From assembly GCA_963924565.1 (NCBI GenBank), contig OZ004607.1, forward strand, positions 7,626,001 to 7,690,000: a stretch of DNA of 64,000 bases. Reading direction: 5' to 3'. Shown piece after piece: positions 53,001 through 64,000 of the stretch. Below the pieces are notes generated by a model, which worked only from the letters and a program-made list of their open reading frames with translations, did not search any database and was not told where the DNA came from. Positions within the stretch are counted from its first letter, which is position 1. Every line of letters begins with the position of its first letter. A program made the position numbers and the translations under genes. Origin of the DNA: Ascidiella aspersa (lineage: Eukaryota).

Positions 53001-56000
53001 CTTTAAAATATTTTTTTCCGGTGTTTCCAGTGGTGTAAACTTAAAAAATTAAAATTAATAAAACATGCGAAAACTATATAAGTGCACCGCTTATCTATTC
53101 AACAGCATTCAGAACGCTAAATATTGAAAATGAAGTTTAAACTCCGTATATTAACGTATTTTTAAAATGGTCATTCATAAATAGGCTGTTTAATAAATAA
53201 CTATAGAATTGCCGGGGGACCATATTGTTAATATGCCCATACATACTTCCAACATCTAAGCCTGTTCTAAAATGGCAACTTATATAGGAACAAATTTGAC
53301 CGCACATTTTTTGAATTTCAAACCTGGGTTAAATAATAAAATCAGAAATCGTAAAATAAAAACTATAAAGTGTTTCCGTCATATAACTGTCGCTATGTTT
53401 CGGGATTTTAAAAAGTCAAGTTATACGATTATTATATAGTTTAGAAGTCCGCTTATGTTGACATTCCCGCTTTACAGCAGAAAATAAAACTGTATATATA
53501 TACTTTTTGTTCGTAAAATTCTTTATTAGGTAATAAAAATACTTTCTACACAAAGAACGTATTATTATTGTTCTGTCGATTCCTTTTAGTTTAGTCGGTT
53601 AGCGACTGGAAACATAATTTAAACATCTTTTTACATACCTAAATAGTGCTGCTTGTACAGATGCGAAATTAAAATCGCGCAACCCTATTAGATAGTTTCG
53701 ACAATGTAAGGCTTTTACCTAATAGTATTATCATTTGATTTCTGATAAAAATTTCTGAAGTGTTTACTGAGTGCGTAAACAGGTGGCTTCACTGCAATGT
53801 TTTACAACAAAACCTTTACTTGTCATCAGTCCTGTAAATACTTGATTTAGTGCTTCTAAAAACTAATGAGAAACGTTTTTATTTAAACTCAGTGTAAAAA
53901 GTTAAGCCCAATTGATAAGTGGTGTCCTGAAATTCGTGCAAGCATTCATAAATGAGTTCAACATCTGCAAGTTTGCAAAACAGTGGTTCTTAAGCTAGGA
54001 TCCGTGGACCACCACATAAGAACGTTTTACGCGTTCCGCTTAACAATAAGTATACATTGCCCCTTAAATTAGTCAAAGCAGAATTTTGTCACTGAACCCA
54101 TTGACATTCAATCATTAGACAGCTTATACAGCGAGAAGTTTGTATGAGTATAATGGCTTGAATCTTGATGTAGTTACTGTATCGTGATGTTTTTTTTTAA
54201 TTTCGTGTTTTAAAACTTAATGCATTTCCTTCTTCCTCTATATAAAACAAACTAATGAACAACTGGCATATAATAATCAACTGCCGCTTTACAAGCTTCC
54301 AAATGAGTTTAAAACAGTGCGCTTAACCGTACATGGTTTACTGTGCCGGAAAGCAATTTGGAAACGCACGAGGCATTAACCTTTGCAAACGCAATCCAAA
54401 GGATCCACGACATAATTACGTCATCCTTTAAAGCCGTAGCAGCCTTTAAAGGACATTTTCACCTCCCCTAAATCGCCAACGTATATACGAGAGGAGTTAT
54501 GCTGCTTCATGCGCGGTATAATAAAAGAAAATTACCCGCATACCCTTATATCGATTACATTCCGGGTGATTGGTCCGGCCATCGCCCCGGCTGTAAAATA
54601 TCATATCACAGTGGACACGGGCGCACTGGCCTAATAACAGATTCCATGCCGGGGCAATAAAACTCTTTTACGGGTCCCTGCAGTGTCGTGGTACCGCTGC
54701 TGCTGCTGTCCTGCCCTTCTCCCCCTTGCGCCATTACGAACGCCTGGAAAAAAAATAGGAACAGTATTTTGATGCTGCTAATACTGTTTATAAAAATAGG
54801 TATAACACTTATAATTTCTTAAAATTTTACAGAAATATATATTTCGCCTTATGAACAGGAATCATCAGTTTCTTTTCCATTTTATTGTCTGCGAGAGTTT
54901 CTTTACTTTGGAAAGTGTTTCAGTATATTGATAGAATGAAAAAGCTGAAACAATCTTTGTTCGGTGCTTTCAAACCTGTGCGTTTAAGCAACGGCGTATT
55001 TTCGACCTCAAAAAATTATGAAAAACATATGAGACGCAAAAGTTGTTTTGTCAAACTCGATGTTATACAAAAGATAGGATTTGGGGATTTAAACTGTAAC
55101 TTTACAAGGTTTAAAGCCGTTTTTGATGGACGTGCTGTTTAAAGATTACTAAACTCTCTATATAATTTAATTTTACGTCCCACTGCCCGTAAAAGACATT
55201 GTACCGTAGCACCTACTGCTACTGGTCTCTAATAGAAAACCGTTATTTTCAGCATGAACGTTGAACAGCTTTTGTTTTGTTCACCTTAGAGGTACCTTCA
55301 AACCTCGTATATGCTTTGAAGGCTACAAATGACTTTACCCGAAGTCATAAGTTGTCAAACAAAGGTCTGACGGTTCTTGGGCGCCATTACGTAATTTGCC
55401 GCAAAATCCACTGCGCTTTTCGCCTATGGTTTGGGGCAAGGCCGCCGTTAGAATAACGAACAAGGACGCGTGTCATTCCGGAAGGGCGATTTTCCATTTA
55501 TGTGATTTCGCGGCGCATAAATCACGCTGACAGTGCGCCGCGCTACGGACGCCCACTTCGCGCCTTATCGTCGCCAAGCATCGAAAGACCTCTCGCGGGC
55601 TGTAGGGCCTACACGGACCGCCGCGACGTTTTTATTATTAAGTGTCATCGCGCGCTATTCGCCCGACACAAGCCCGAACGCTTTGCTTAAGGTTTGACAA
55701 ACGAGCGCAGGTGTGAACTCAGCGCTAACAAGCGGCGCGCATATAGATGTATATGAAACGGGCGGCTTATCGTCCTCATAAAATCGCCTGCCGGTGCAAT
55801 AAGGGTAACGCCACACCTTGTATTCACTTCAACCGAAAAATGCACAGGAATCGCGTTTGATAGATGCATTCGGCTTTATTGGCCGATCAAATGTCGGCGC
55901 CCTGTTTACGACTTGTTGGTTTTGCGAATATTCGCTGAGCTGTTTCATCCCGCCGCTTCGAGTTTACGGGCGCGATTAATTTTCGCCCGGTGCCGTAAAA

Positions 56001-59000
56001 GTTTGCCGATCGGCGATGCCCGGGAATTGCACGGAAGCATAAGCCGGGCCCGAGTTGCTGTTTGATTAACGCACGAGCTATTTTCGGGCTTATAAAAGCG
56101 ACTGCTGCTGAAAACAAACAACTATATAGTTCGGTATAGAAAACAACCTCGGGACGTGACCAGATTCAATAACAATTTTAAAGGCTTTGGATTGCAATGG
56201 TTGGATTTTTTCGTTGGACGTTTAGGAATATCAAAGCCCTTATAAAAGTATAGGTAACTTTTGAACGTTTCGAGTATATCTTTATACATTTTCAACAAAA
56301 ATTTAAAGGCTGTAATTTAAAACTAAAGTATGGACTTACACTAACGATGGCAACCAAAACATTTTAACCGATTATTACAATATCTTACTACGTCTTTAAG
56401 CACATGGAAAAGTGAAGCATATGGAAACCGGTTAATGCTTGAGTAGAAGACGTTTCGACTGCGTTCCAATATGGCCACCGTTTGCATCACATCGTTATAT
56501 TTCGAACGTTGTGCTTGCCAACTTTGAGCATATCATCTATATCCGATGCTTCGTGTTTTTTTACGATACCCTAAAATTTTGACCAACCTTCATCGAACTA
56601 TTCGATACAAACACATCGTGAATATTACTACAAAAAAATTGGTTATTTCTTCGATTAAATTAATGCATGCTAATTGGTAACAATTGCGCAAAAAATTGAA
56701 AAGTTTTTTTTGTAAAACGCTTTCCAGATAGAACTCGCCATGGCTGGCCTGAAATGACTAACATAATATACAAAGATTCTAATTGTAAAATTGCTCTTTC
56801 GGCAAAGTTTTATTAAAGTACCAACGTTTCGACCACCTATTCGGGCAGTCTTTTTTAGGGCAATATAATTGCAACTATAGGCGAAAAAAAATTTTGAGGA
56901 AAGAAAAATTTTGCATTTGAAACAATGCCCGACAGCAACAGCAAATTCAAACATTCTAATCTTGTATCAAAAGAGTAGCAATACTACAACTTCATATCGG
57001 CTCCGATCCGATACTCTCGGTCATCGTTATTGTATTACAGAGCATTTGACCGGAGGGAAGTCTATTTTATTCATAACCAACGAAATTGATTCGCACGTTG
57101 CGAGAGACGAAAGGTCGCCGTCCTTCATAAAGATTTTAATGGCGATTGTGATGGAATGGTCGAACAATAACGCGGCATTGTTTCGTCATAATTAATATTG
57201 ATGGAGCGTGGCGGCGCGCGCACCTGTGACCCTCCCCCTCCCCCCACCGGCACGTATTTTGGCGCGGACAAAATGCGCCCGATCGTCAAAACATCGCTCT
57301 TTTTTATTGTGTTGGACTTCGGCCAGGGCACTTTGGGAAAGGAAAACCTGTTTTTCGCCAAATTGAGCGACAATATATGCGCTATTTTCGGGAGTTTTTT
57401 TCGTATGCAATCCATTAACCACATTTTTGCCATTCAATTTTTTATTAGTTTACTAAAAGTATTTCTAAAACTAAGTATTTTTCGTTGCTAGAATTTATGT
57501 TTCTTTGTTAAATGTGTTACCCAAACCTTCGTAGGATTAATATCGTATATTAAACTTAATAAATTTAATTAAAAAATTGAGTGACTTTGTACGTGTGACG
57601 TGCCACAAATAGTTGCGTTGACGTTCTTGTTTTTTTATATTTCTTAAGAATTTTTGTTGGCACTTACAAGATAATCTTTAAATCGGTAACCTAAAAAATA
57701 GAGATAAGGCGGGCTGCCGAGCGACTTAATATGACAATTAGGGAAATACAAGTACGTCATAACTTTTTTTGGAGTTAGAAAAGTAAAGATCAGTGATTCT
57801 TAAACTGTGCCTCGAGAGATTTTCAAGTGTGACGCAGAACCTTTTTAGTTTTGCAAAATAACTTATTTGAATTGAAAATTGGCATTCGTTGAGTATTGTA
57901 CAATATCCATGGGGCAACTGATATCATTATGGTATTTAGTTACTTTATCTTTCTGTGCGATTAGGGCTATTGTGGAGTTATAGTTGTTTTTTGTAAAAAG
58001 TGTGCAGTGAATTTTTTTTTAGTGCTTTTGAGTATAATTTCAGTCAAAGCTTTTCACATAATGGTTTAGCTATTAGGCTATGCGCTACGCATTTTCCAAA
58101 AAGCTCTAAAAAAAATCGTTTTTGAAAAAGCAAATGAGAAGAAACCTAAATGTTAAATAAAATAGCCGCCTTGCCCTTGAAAATAAATTACGACTTTCCT
58201 AAATGATTGGTGATTGGTAATGACTGTCCCGGAACAGCCTAAAGATTTGGGAAGTTAGGGTTATTGGTTTCACGTACGAAGAAGACAGGTCAGCGGACTC
58301 TTTCGCGTGCTCCACTTCCATAAAAAACCTTAAGGGAGCGATTACATAGGGCAGGATGCGTTTTCTGCCGGGACGAAATTTCCGCCTCCCGAAAGAAGTC
58401 GGGGTCGCCGCGGCAAAACGCGACCTAAATCGCGCTAAGAACACGGACAACCGTCGCTCGTTTGGCCTTTTCCTTCGGCCCTTTCTGCAATTCGATTGGG
58501 AACGATTCGCCCCTCGGAACTGTGACGCAACCGTGGAATGGAATTAAGCGAGTGCAGCGATTCGATTTCGCCTGCGGCGGCGGCGCGACAACTATAGGAT
58601 CCCGCCCGCCGGCCCCTTACCGGTTTGTCCTTCATTAAGCCACCGTGCAAGGGCGCCGGCGCCCGAACATCAGTGTTAAATTAACTGTCATCTGGATCTT
58701 TATTTCCCAACTGCTGCTTGATTAACTTTTCCGAGGCTGCTGCTGCTGCTGGTTTTCTGTATAGGCTACAACATGCTGTTGGCATTTCTCCCGGGAGCAC
58801 GTACAAGACTACTGTGCGCTTTTGGGGGGGTTACCGCGGGCCTAATGTCGTGTTATTTTGTGCTATTTGTTGCAGGTAGGCAGCAGGGCCTTATTGAAAC
58901 CAGATACACCTTGTTAAAGATGATTTGGAACAGATGTTCCTGATTTTCTTTTCTATTTTGGTTAGAGCCTTTTAGAAACTTTTTTGAAGTAAAACGCACT

Positions 59001-60464
59001 CTTATCAGGTTTTGCTTGCAATTCAATTTCTTAGTTTTGTTAATTAGGTCTGTGTTTTTTATAACGCCAATAACACAAGTATTACAACAATAAGTTTATC
59101 GCAAAAATGCGTGAGGTTAATTTAAAGTTGGTTAAATCAATCCATTATTTGCAAAGAAACACAGCTAGGTAAAATTGTTTTACAAGCTTATATTTCACTC
59201 TCAGGTTAACTTTTTTTCGACGCTTTCATTTTCTTGTATTTTAATAAAAACACAAATGAATGTTGTCTTCTTGTCAGCGAAAAAGCAAAAAGGAAAGTCT
59301 GACGTTAAATTAAACGTTTACATTAAGGGATCTACAGAAGTACTTTGTTTATTAACAATTCCATTTATTGCACGATAAACATTAGAACAATCATTTTATT
59401 GGCCTAAAACAAGTGATATGTTACGTGCAAAATGATCTCGAAATACTTCACCTGACAATTCTCTCAAATGCTCAAACAAAAGAATAATATTTTTAACCAA
59501 AAAATGGAACACCAAAACGAAACAAAAACTTTTTTATTGATTATTTGTTTCTGTTTCCAAGCCTTTAGAATGTAGCAAATATACATCATCCTTCAAAGAA
59601 ATGCTTACGTGACGAAAAAGAGGCAGTTAAATTTATTTGGAAAAACAGGTTTTGTGTCCATAAGGCAGACCAAGCTGCGCCATAAAGGCAATACTTTCAC
59701 TTCTAATCGCCAATTTTAATATTGCTGCTCATAGATTGTTTATGGATACTGTCTACGCGGGGTTTCAAAAATGTACCTATCTATCGACCCGATAATGCTA
59801 TATGACTATGGAAGATATCAGTTTTACTAAAAAGCAAGTGTCAAGACCACCGTTTATTATTTCCGACGATCTTGGCCTACAAGAATTAAATTGCCTCGTT
59901 AGCGGTGTGCTCAGACATACCCTTTGCTTTTTATCAGTTTAGTGCGCTTTCCCAGTCTGAAGATCAATGGTGTAAAACTTAACGAGGTCGTTTCTTTATC
60001 CGTGGAATGCCCAAAAGTCAACAGACTTTTACCTTCCAATCTCGAATGCCAGCTTAGGATTCGGTCAATATTGGCCTAAGTTTGTATTTTATACTTCCTT
60101 TTGCCACAACTGAAAGGGAATCGCCGATAACGCATTAATCTTCATGTTTCGTCTATCTCAGCATGTCAGCAAACAAAGGTTATCATACTTGTGTGTGTGT
60201 GTTGGTCTTAATTTATCCCTTTTCGGCGAAATTCTGATCGATAGTGTCGAAAATCTCCAGCACTGATCATTCCCAAAATGTGTTTGTGGAATTGCACAAA
60301 CATCAAAAAACAATTTGGCAAAACCTATATTTTTCGAATTGTTAAACGTTACAAAATAGGATCCAAATCACACGTGCCTTGTAACGCATAATATTATTAT
60401 AAGACGTGTAAAGTGGTTAGAAAAAAAAAATACGAATAAAAATTTCTGAAATGAATCCTTAGAA

Positions 60465-60807
60465 CAGGGGTTCTTAAACTGGGGTCCATCGACCCTTTGG
60501 GGTTCCGCGAACTAGTTTTAGGGGGTCCATGAAGGCCTACTTAAAATAATAGTGTATATTTAAGAAGTAATCTTTTTTTAAAGAAAACCGTTTGATTAAA
60601 AATAAAACGGTTTTGCACTGAATCCTGTTTAGACTCCATTTCACTTTCACATTTTTGGACCAAAATCAGCAGATTTATAAAGTCTATTTGTACTGTCTGT
60701 GACGTCAATTTATGATGTCATTTTGGATTTTTTTTTGCCAACCGTGGTCCACGCTAGGTTAAAAAAAATTTTAGGGGTCCGCGGTAAAAAAAGTTTAAGA
60801 ACTCCTG
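60465..60807. mobile_element. hAT-type MITE
   Basis: TIRs CAGGGGTTCTTAAACT / AGTTTAAGAACTCCTG, internal GGGGTCC repeats, perfect TSD CCTTAGAA at 60457-60464 and 60808-60815. Confidence 0.92.
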
Positions 60808-63800
60808 CCTTAGAAGAACTGGCACTTTTTTCGTGATTCATTTTTCAACTTTAGCGATTCGAGATAAAATTCCTTTTTTGTGTTTGCGCGTCCAATATAA
60901 GGCTATAAGGTTGCGTAGTAAAGTGAGGTAAAAATGGCAATTTCTCTAAAATATATATTCACCCTGCGTGCCCGTTTTATGATTATTAATTACGTACGAC
61001 ATATATCTTGATAAAACCGGTATTTCTTATTTATGAACCTCGTAATGTGTCCGTATCATGGTGTTACATCTGCGTGTACGTAAAATGGAAATTTTTGTTG
61101 ACTAAAATGGATGTTATAAATCACTGTAACCATACCCTCCCAACATGAACGAAAAACGAAATTCTATCCAAAATCAAACGCACACGTACGGTAGTAATGA
61201 GGACTCAAAGCGAAAGTGTTTTAAACGGCTGTATAATTATGTATACGCGTGTGTGTGTGTTTACCCGCGCGTGTTGTGCGCATGATATCCAATCTGTTAT
61301 TTCCAGTATTCTACCCGGTGCATAATTAATTATTTGACGACCGGTCTCACCAAAAGGCTGTCATAACAGCGATGGGCGCACGTGGTTGAACGGGTGGCTC
61401 AAAAGTGGGAAGTATATATCACACCATTGGGGATCGCGCTCTCAGATTGCAATCAAAGGAGCGCTTTTACTATTTTATTTTTCTGTCTACGTAAATTGTG
61501 CCTGTTTTGTATTGCTTTATCGCGAATAAAAAATCACCTTCAAAAAATCGAAAAGAAAGGGTTTATGTGCGAAAAAGTTCTGACCCCCAAAGATATTTCT
61601 TAAAACTCGGAAATTGGGTATGCCAGTGTATCACAAAGTTGTTTTATTTACAAAAAGCAACTTTCTTAATTGTCCTTCCATTACTTCACAGCCCCCACCA
61701 CAACAGCCAACCAATCACAGCGCTCCGTCGTACCACGTGACCAGCAATGACGTCATATAACTTACTTGATAGTACAATACACACATAAAAAGGACACTTT
61801 GGCGAGGCGAAGTATCGCGGTAAGACGGAGCTGCGGTCGCGAACTCGTGCATGAAAGATTCATAACTTGTCCCATTTGCGTTAAACCCGCTCGCCGGCGT
61901 CGGACGCTAATGTGAGGCGGCCCTTGCGCAAGCGCGGTCAGTAAGGCCCCGATTTAAGAGTTTTGACGAAAATGACAAGCGCGTCGCGTGGCTGGCCTCC
62001 GCTGCCCGCCCTTCCCTGCTAAACGAATTACTGGTCACTGAAACTTAATTTTCGTGGCCTCGTCGTCGCGAACCGCGTATGTCTTTTGTATGCAGGCCTT
62101 TGCCGATGGACCTTCGCTCCCTGGTAACCCTTTTAAAACGAGGGTTGGGTTTTTGGTGAGCTCGACGAATTAAAGTCGAAATTTGTTGGTTTAATTCTGT
62201 GGGCCGCTAACAACGTGTTTTTAGGATTAATTGTTTCAGTATGGAACTTTGAGGTGTATCTTCGTTGCGTCATTATAAAAAATTCATAACCCCTCAAACG
62301 AAATCATGGATTCGCCCTGTTGTCGTAGTGGGCCTTTGCTCTTGAAAGAGTATTTTTGACTGCGGGGAAAAAAGTTTGCCGACCATTGGTGTAATTGTTT
62401 AAAGCGAATAAACGTGTGAAAAAAAAACGAAATCGCCTTGGACAGACGGTATGTCGGAAGCTCGTATAACTGAAAATTGTACGCGTCATCTTTGCACATT
62501 TTGACCAATTATATAGTTCAAGAAAATCGTAAATTAACTTTAGAGGCTATTTCGGATTTTTATTTAAAAAATACTGTTGGATGTGTAATTCGGTGCTTTA
62601 AAAAAAGGCCACGAAAATGTTTCAAAACTGACTGGTTACCTAAATCTAAAATCTACTAGCTTTATAAAAGTGTTATTTAGTTAAAATGTTCTTTCCAATC
62701 AGTTTAGTTTGAAATTGCATCCCTCAAACGTTGCTGTTAAAAATATACTGACCGGATTTCGGTGAAGGCTGGTTAAGACTTGGAGGTACTATTTTCCCTG
62801 TACGGAATTTCTCCGATGTGCATTCAAAAAACATAAAAACAACTACGATACCACAGTTGTTGGGAAGATTTGATTACAGACTTTATCCTGATCATCGCCT
62901 TTTCGTTTTTTTGCCTTAAAGCGCTTTTGAATGACCGATCGAGCCCGAAAGATCAAATCCGATGAGAGAAGAGTATATTCAATCCGGCTCCTTACCCGGC
63001 GGCGTCTGCCAAGCCTTCAAAATAATGCGTGGCATGTCATAAGCGGGCAGCGGCACTTGCGGCTTGGCTGACCACCGGTCGATGCTAAACGAATGCCGGC
63101 GAGTTATGAATTATAAATGACTGAAGTGGACGCTGCCCTTCCAACTCCTGCGCCCCCTCCCCCCACTATGTCGTCACAATGCACGATAGCGACTTGGCGT
63201 GCGGTCAATTTTCCTTTGTCCGACGTTACCACAACGGCCACCACAAGAATCAATGCCGATTGTCAGAAGTAGTTAAACGGCGAAATATTGCCAGACAGAT
63301 GCGTTATTGGAAATTGACGTTTATTGTGTGGCGAATATCCCTGTGCGGGCAAAATGACGGGACCCTGTCGATTTAATTGATGTTAATGCCGGGAAATAAG
63401 AATGAAAACTGCAGCTGCTCTATCTCTTCTTTGTCTCCGCTAGTTTTTCGCAATACTTCGCTCTGTATTGTACATCACAATTAAGCTGATAACTGATGAT
63501 GATAAGCCATAATTAAAGGCATATATATTCCCTAATACACCAAGAATGGATTGCTTAGAAGACCTTTGAACTTATCATTTCGTCTGCTATTTGTGTATTT
63601 TTGCCCACAATTAAATCATAGGGCTGTAAAGGACTAGGCTAAAGTAAAAGAGACGGCATTTAATTAACACACTTAATCTCAGCGCAAAATTTTGGTTGTA
63701 TAATACAAAAAAGTTGCATAACAACAAAAGTGGATTTCGGAATGACAATGAATGTCATAGCCAAATATCGAAAACGTCTTTTTTAAGATCAATTCGATCT

Positions 63801-64000
63801 ACTCGACCTGTTTGGCTTTGACACTTAAGCTACATTACAGACGCGTGTATAGTGTAACGTACTAACAGAAGTGTATTTTGCTGTAAATATGTTCGGGGTT
63901 TGAATAGAAAGCAGAAGAGAAGTGAATTATAATATTTTACGATTTTGTTGGGCATTTCTTACTTGGTGACCATACTTCAACCACCATGTCAAAGCGAGAA

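Overview
Eukaryotic (animal) genomic DNA with spliceosomal GT-AG introns; the AT-rich introns and unmethylated-looking CpG-rich non-coding blocks suggest an invertebrate, possibly a tunicate-like deuterostome (inference only). Four main components: (1) the last two coding exons of a DNMT3 de novo DNA methyltransferase on + (1-69, 1070-1217), missed by the ORF track. (2) A complete spalt/SALL zinc-finger gene on -, tail-to-tail with DNMT3. I reconstruct it as 16 phase-compatible coding exons (47527 to 4884, about 1398 aa, N-terminal MSRRKQ NuRD motif, Q-rich region, 9 C2H2 fingers in 4 clusters), with a ~31.5-kb first coding intron and a >15-kb upstream region lacking recognisable genes. (3) An intact, very young 4196-bp CsRn1-clade Ty3/Gypsy LTR retrotransposon inserted antisense in that intron: identical 137-bp LTRs, ACTC TSD, tRNA-Trp PBS, CHCC Gag, and a GGGAAAC slippery site followed by a predicted pseudoknot. 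(4) Four hAT MITEs with 8-bp nnnTAnnn TSDs, a 140-bp near-perfect inverted repeat and small local duplications. I see no wholly new multi-gene system. The most notable details are the frameshift pseudoknot, Pro at the DNMT3A-R882-equivalent position, a degenerate first SALL finger pair, three introns at the same zinc-finger helix position, the intronic long hairpin and a CpG-free patch between the convergent genes.
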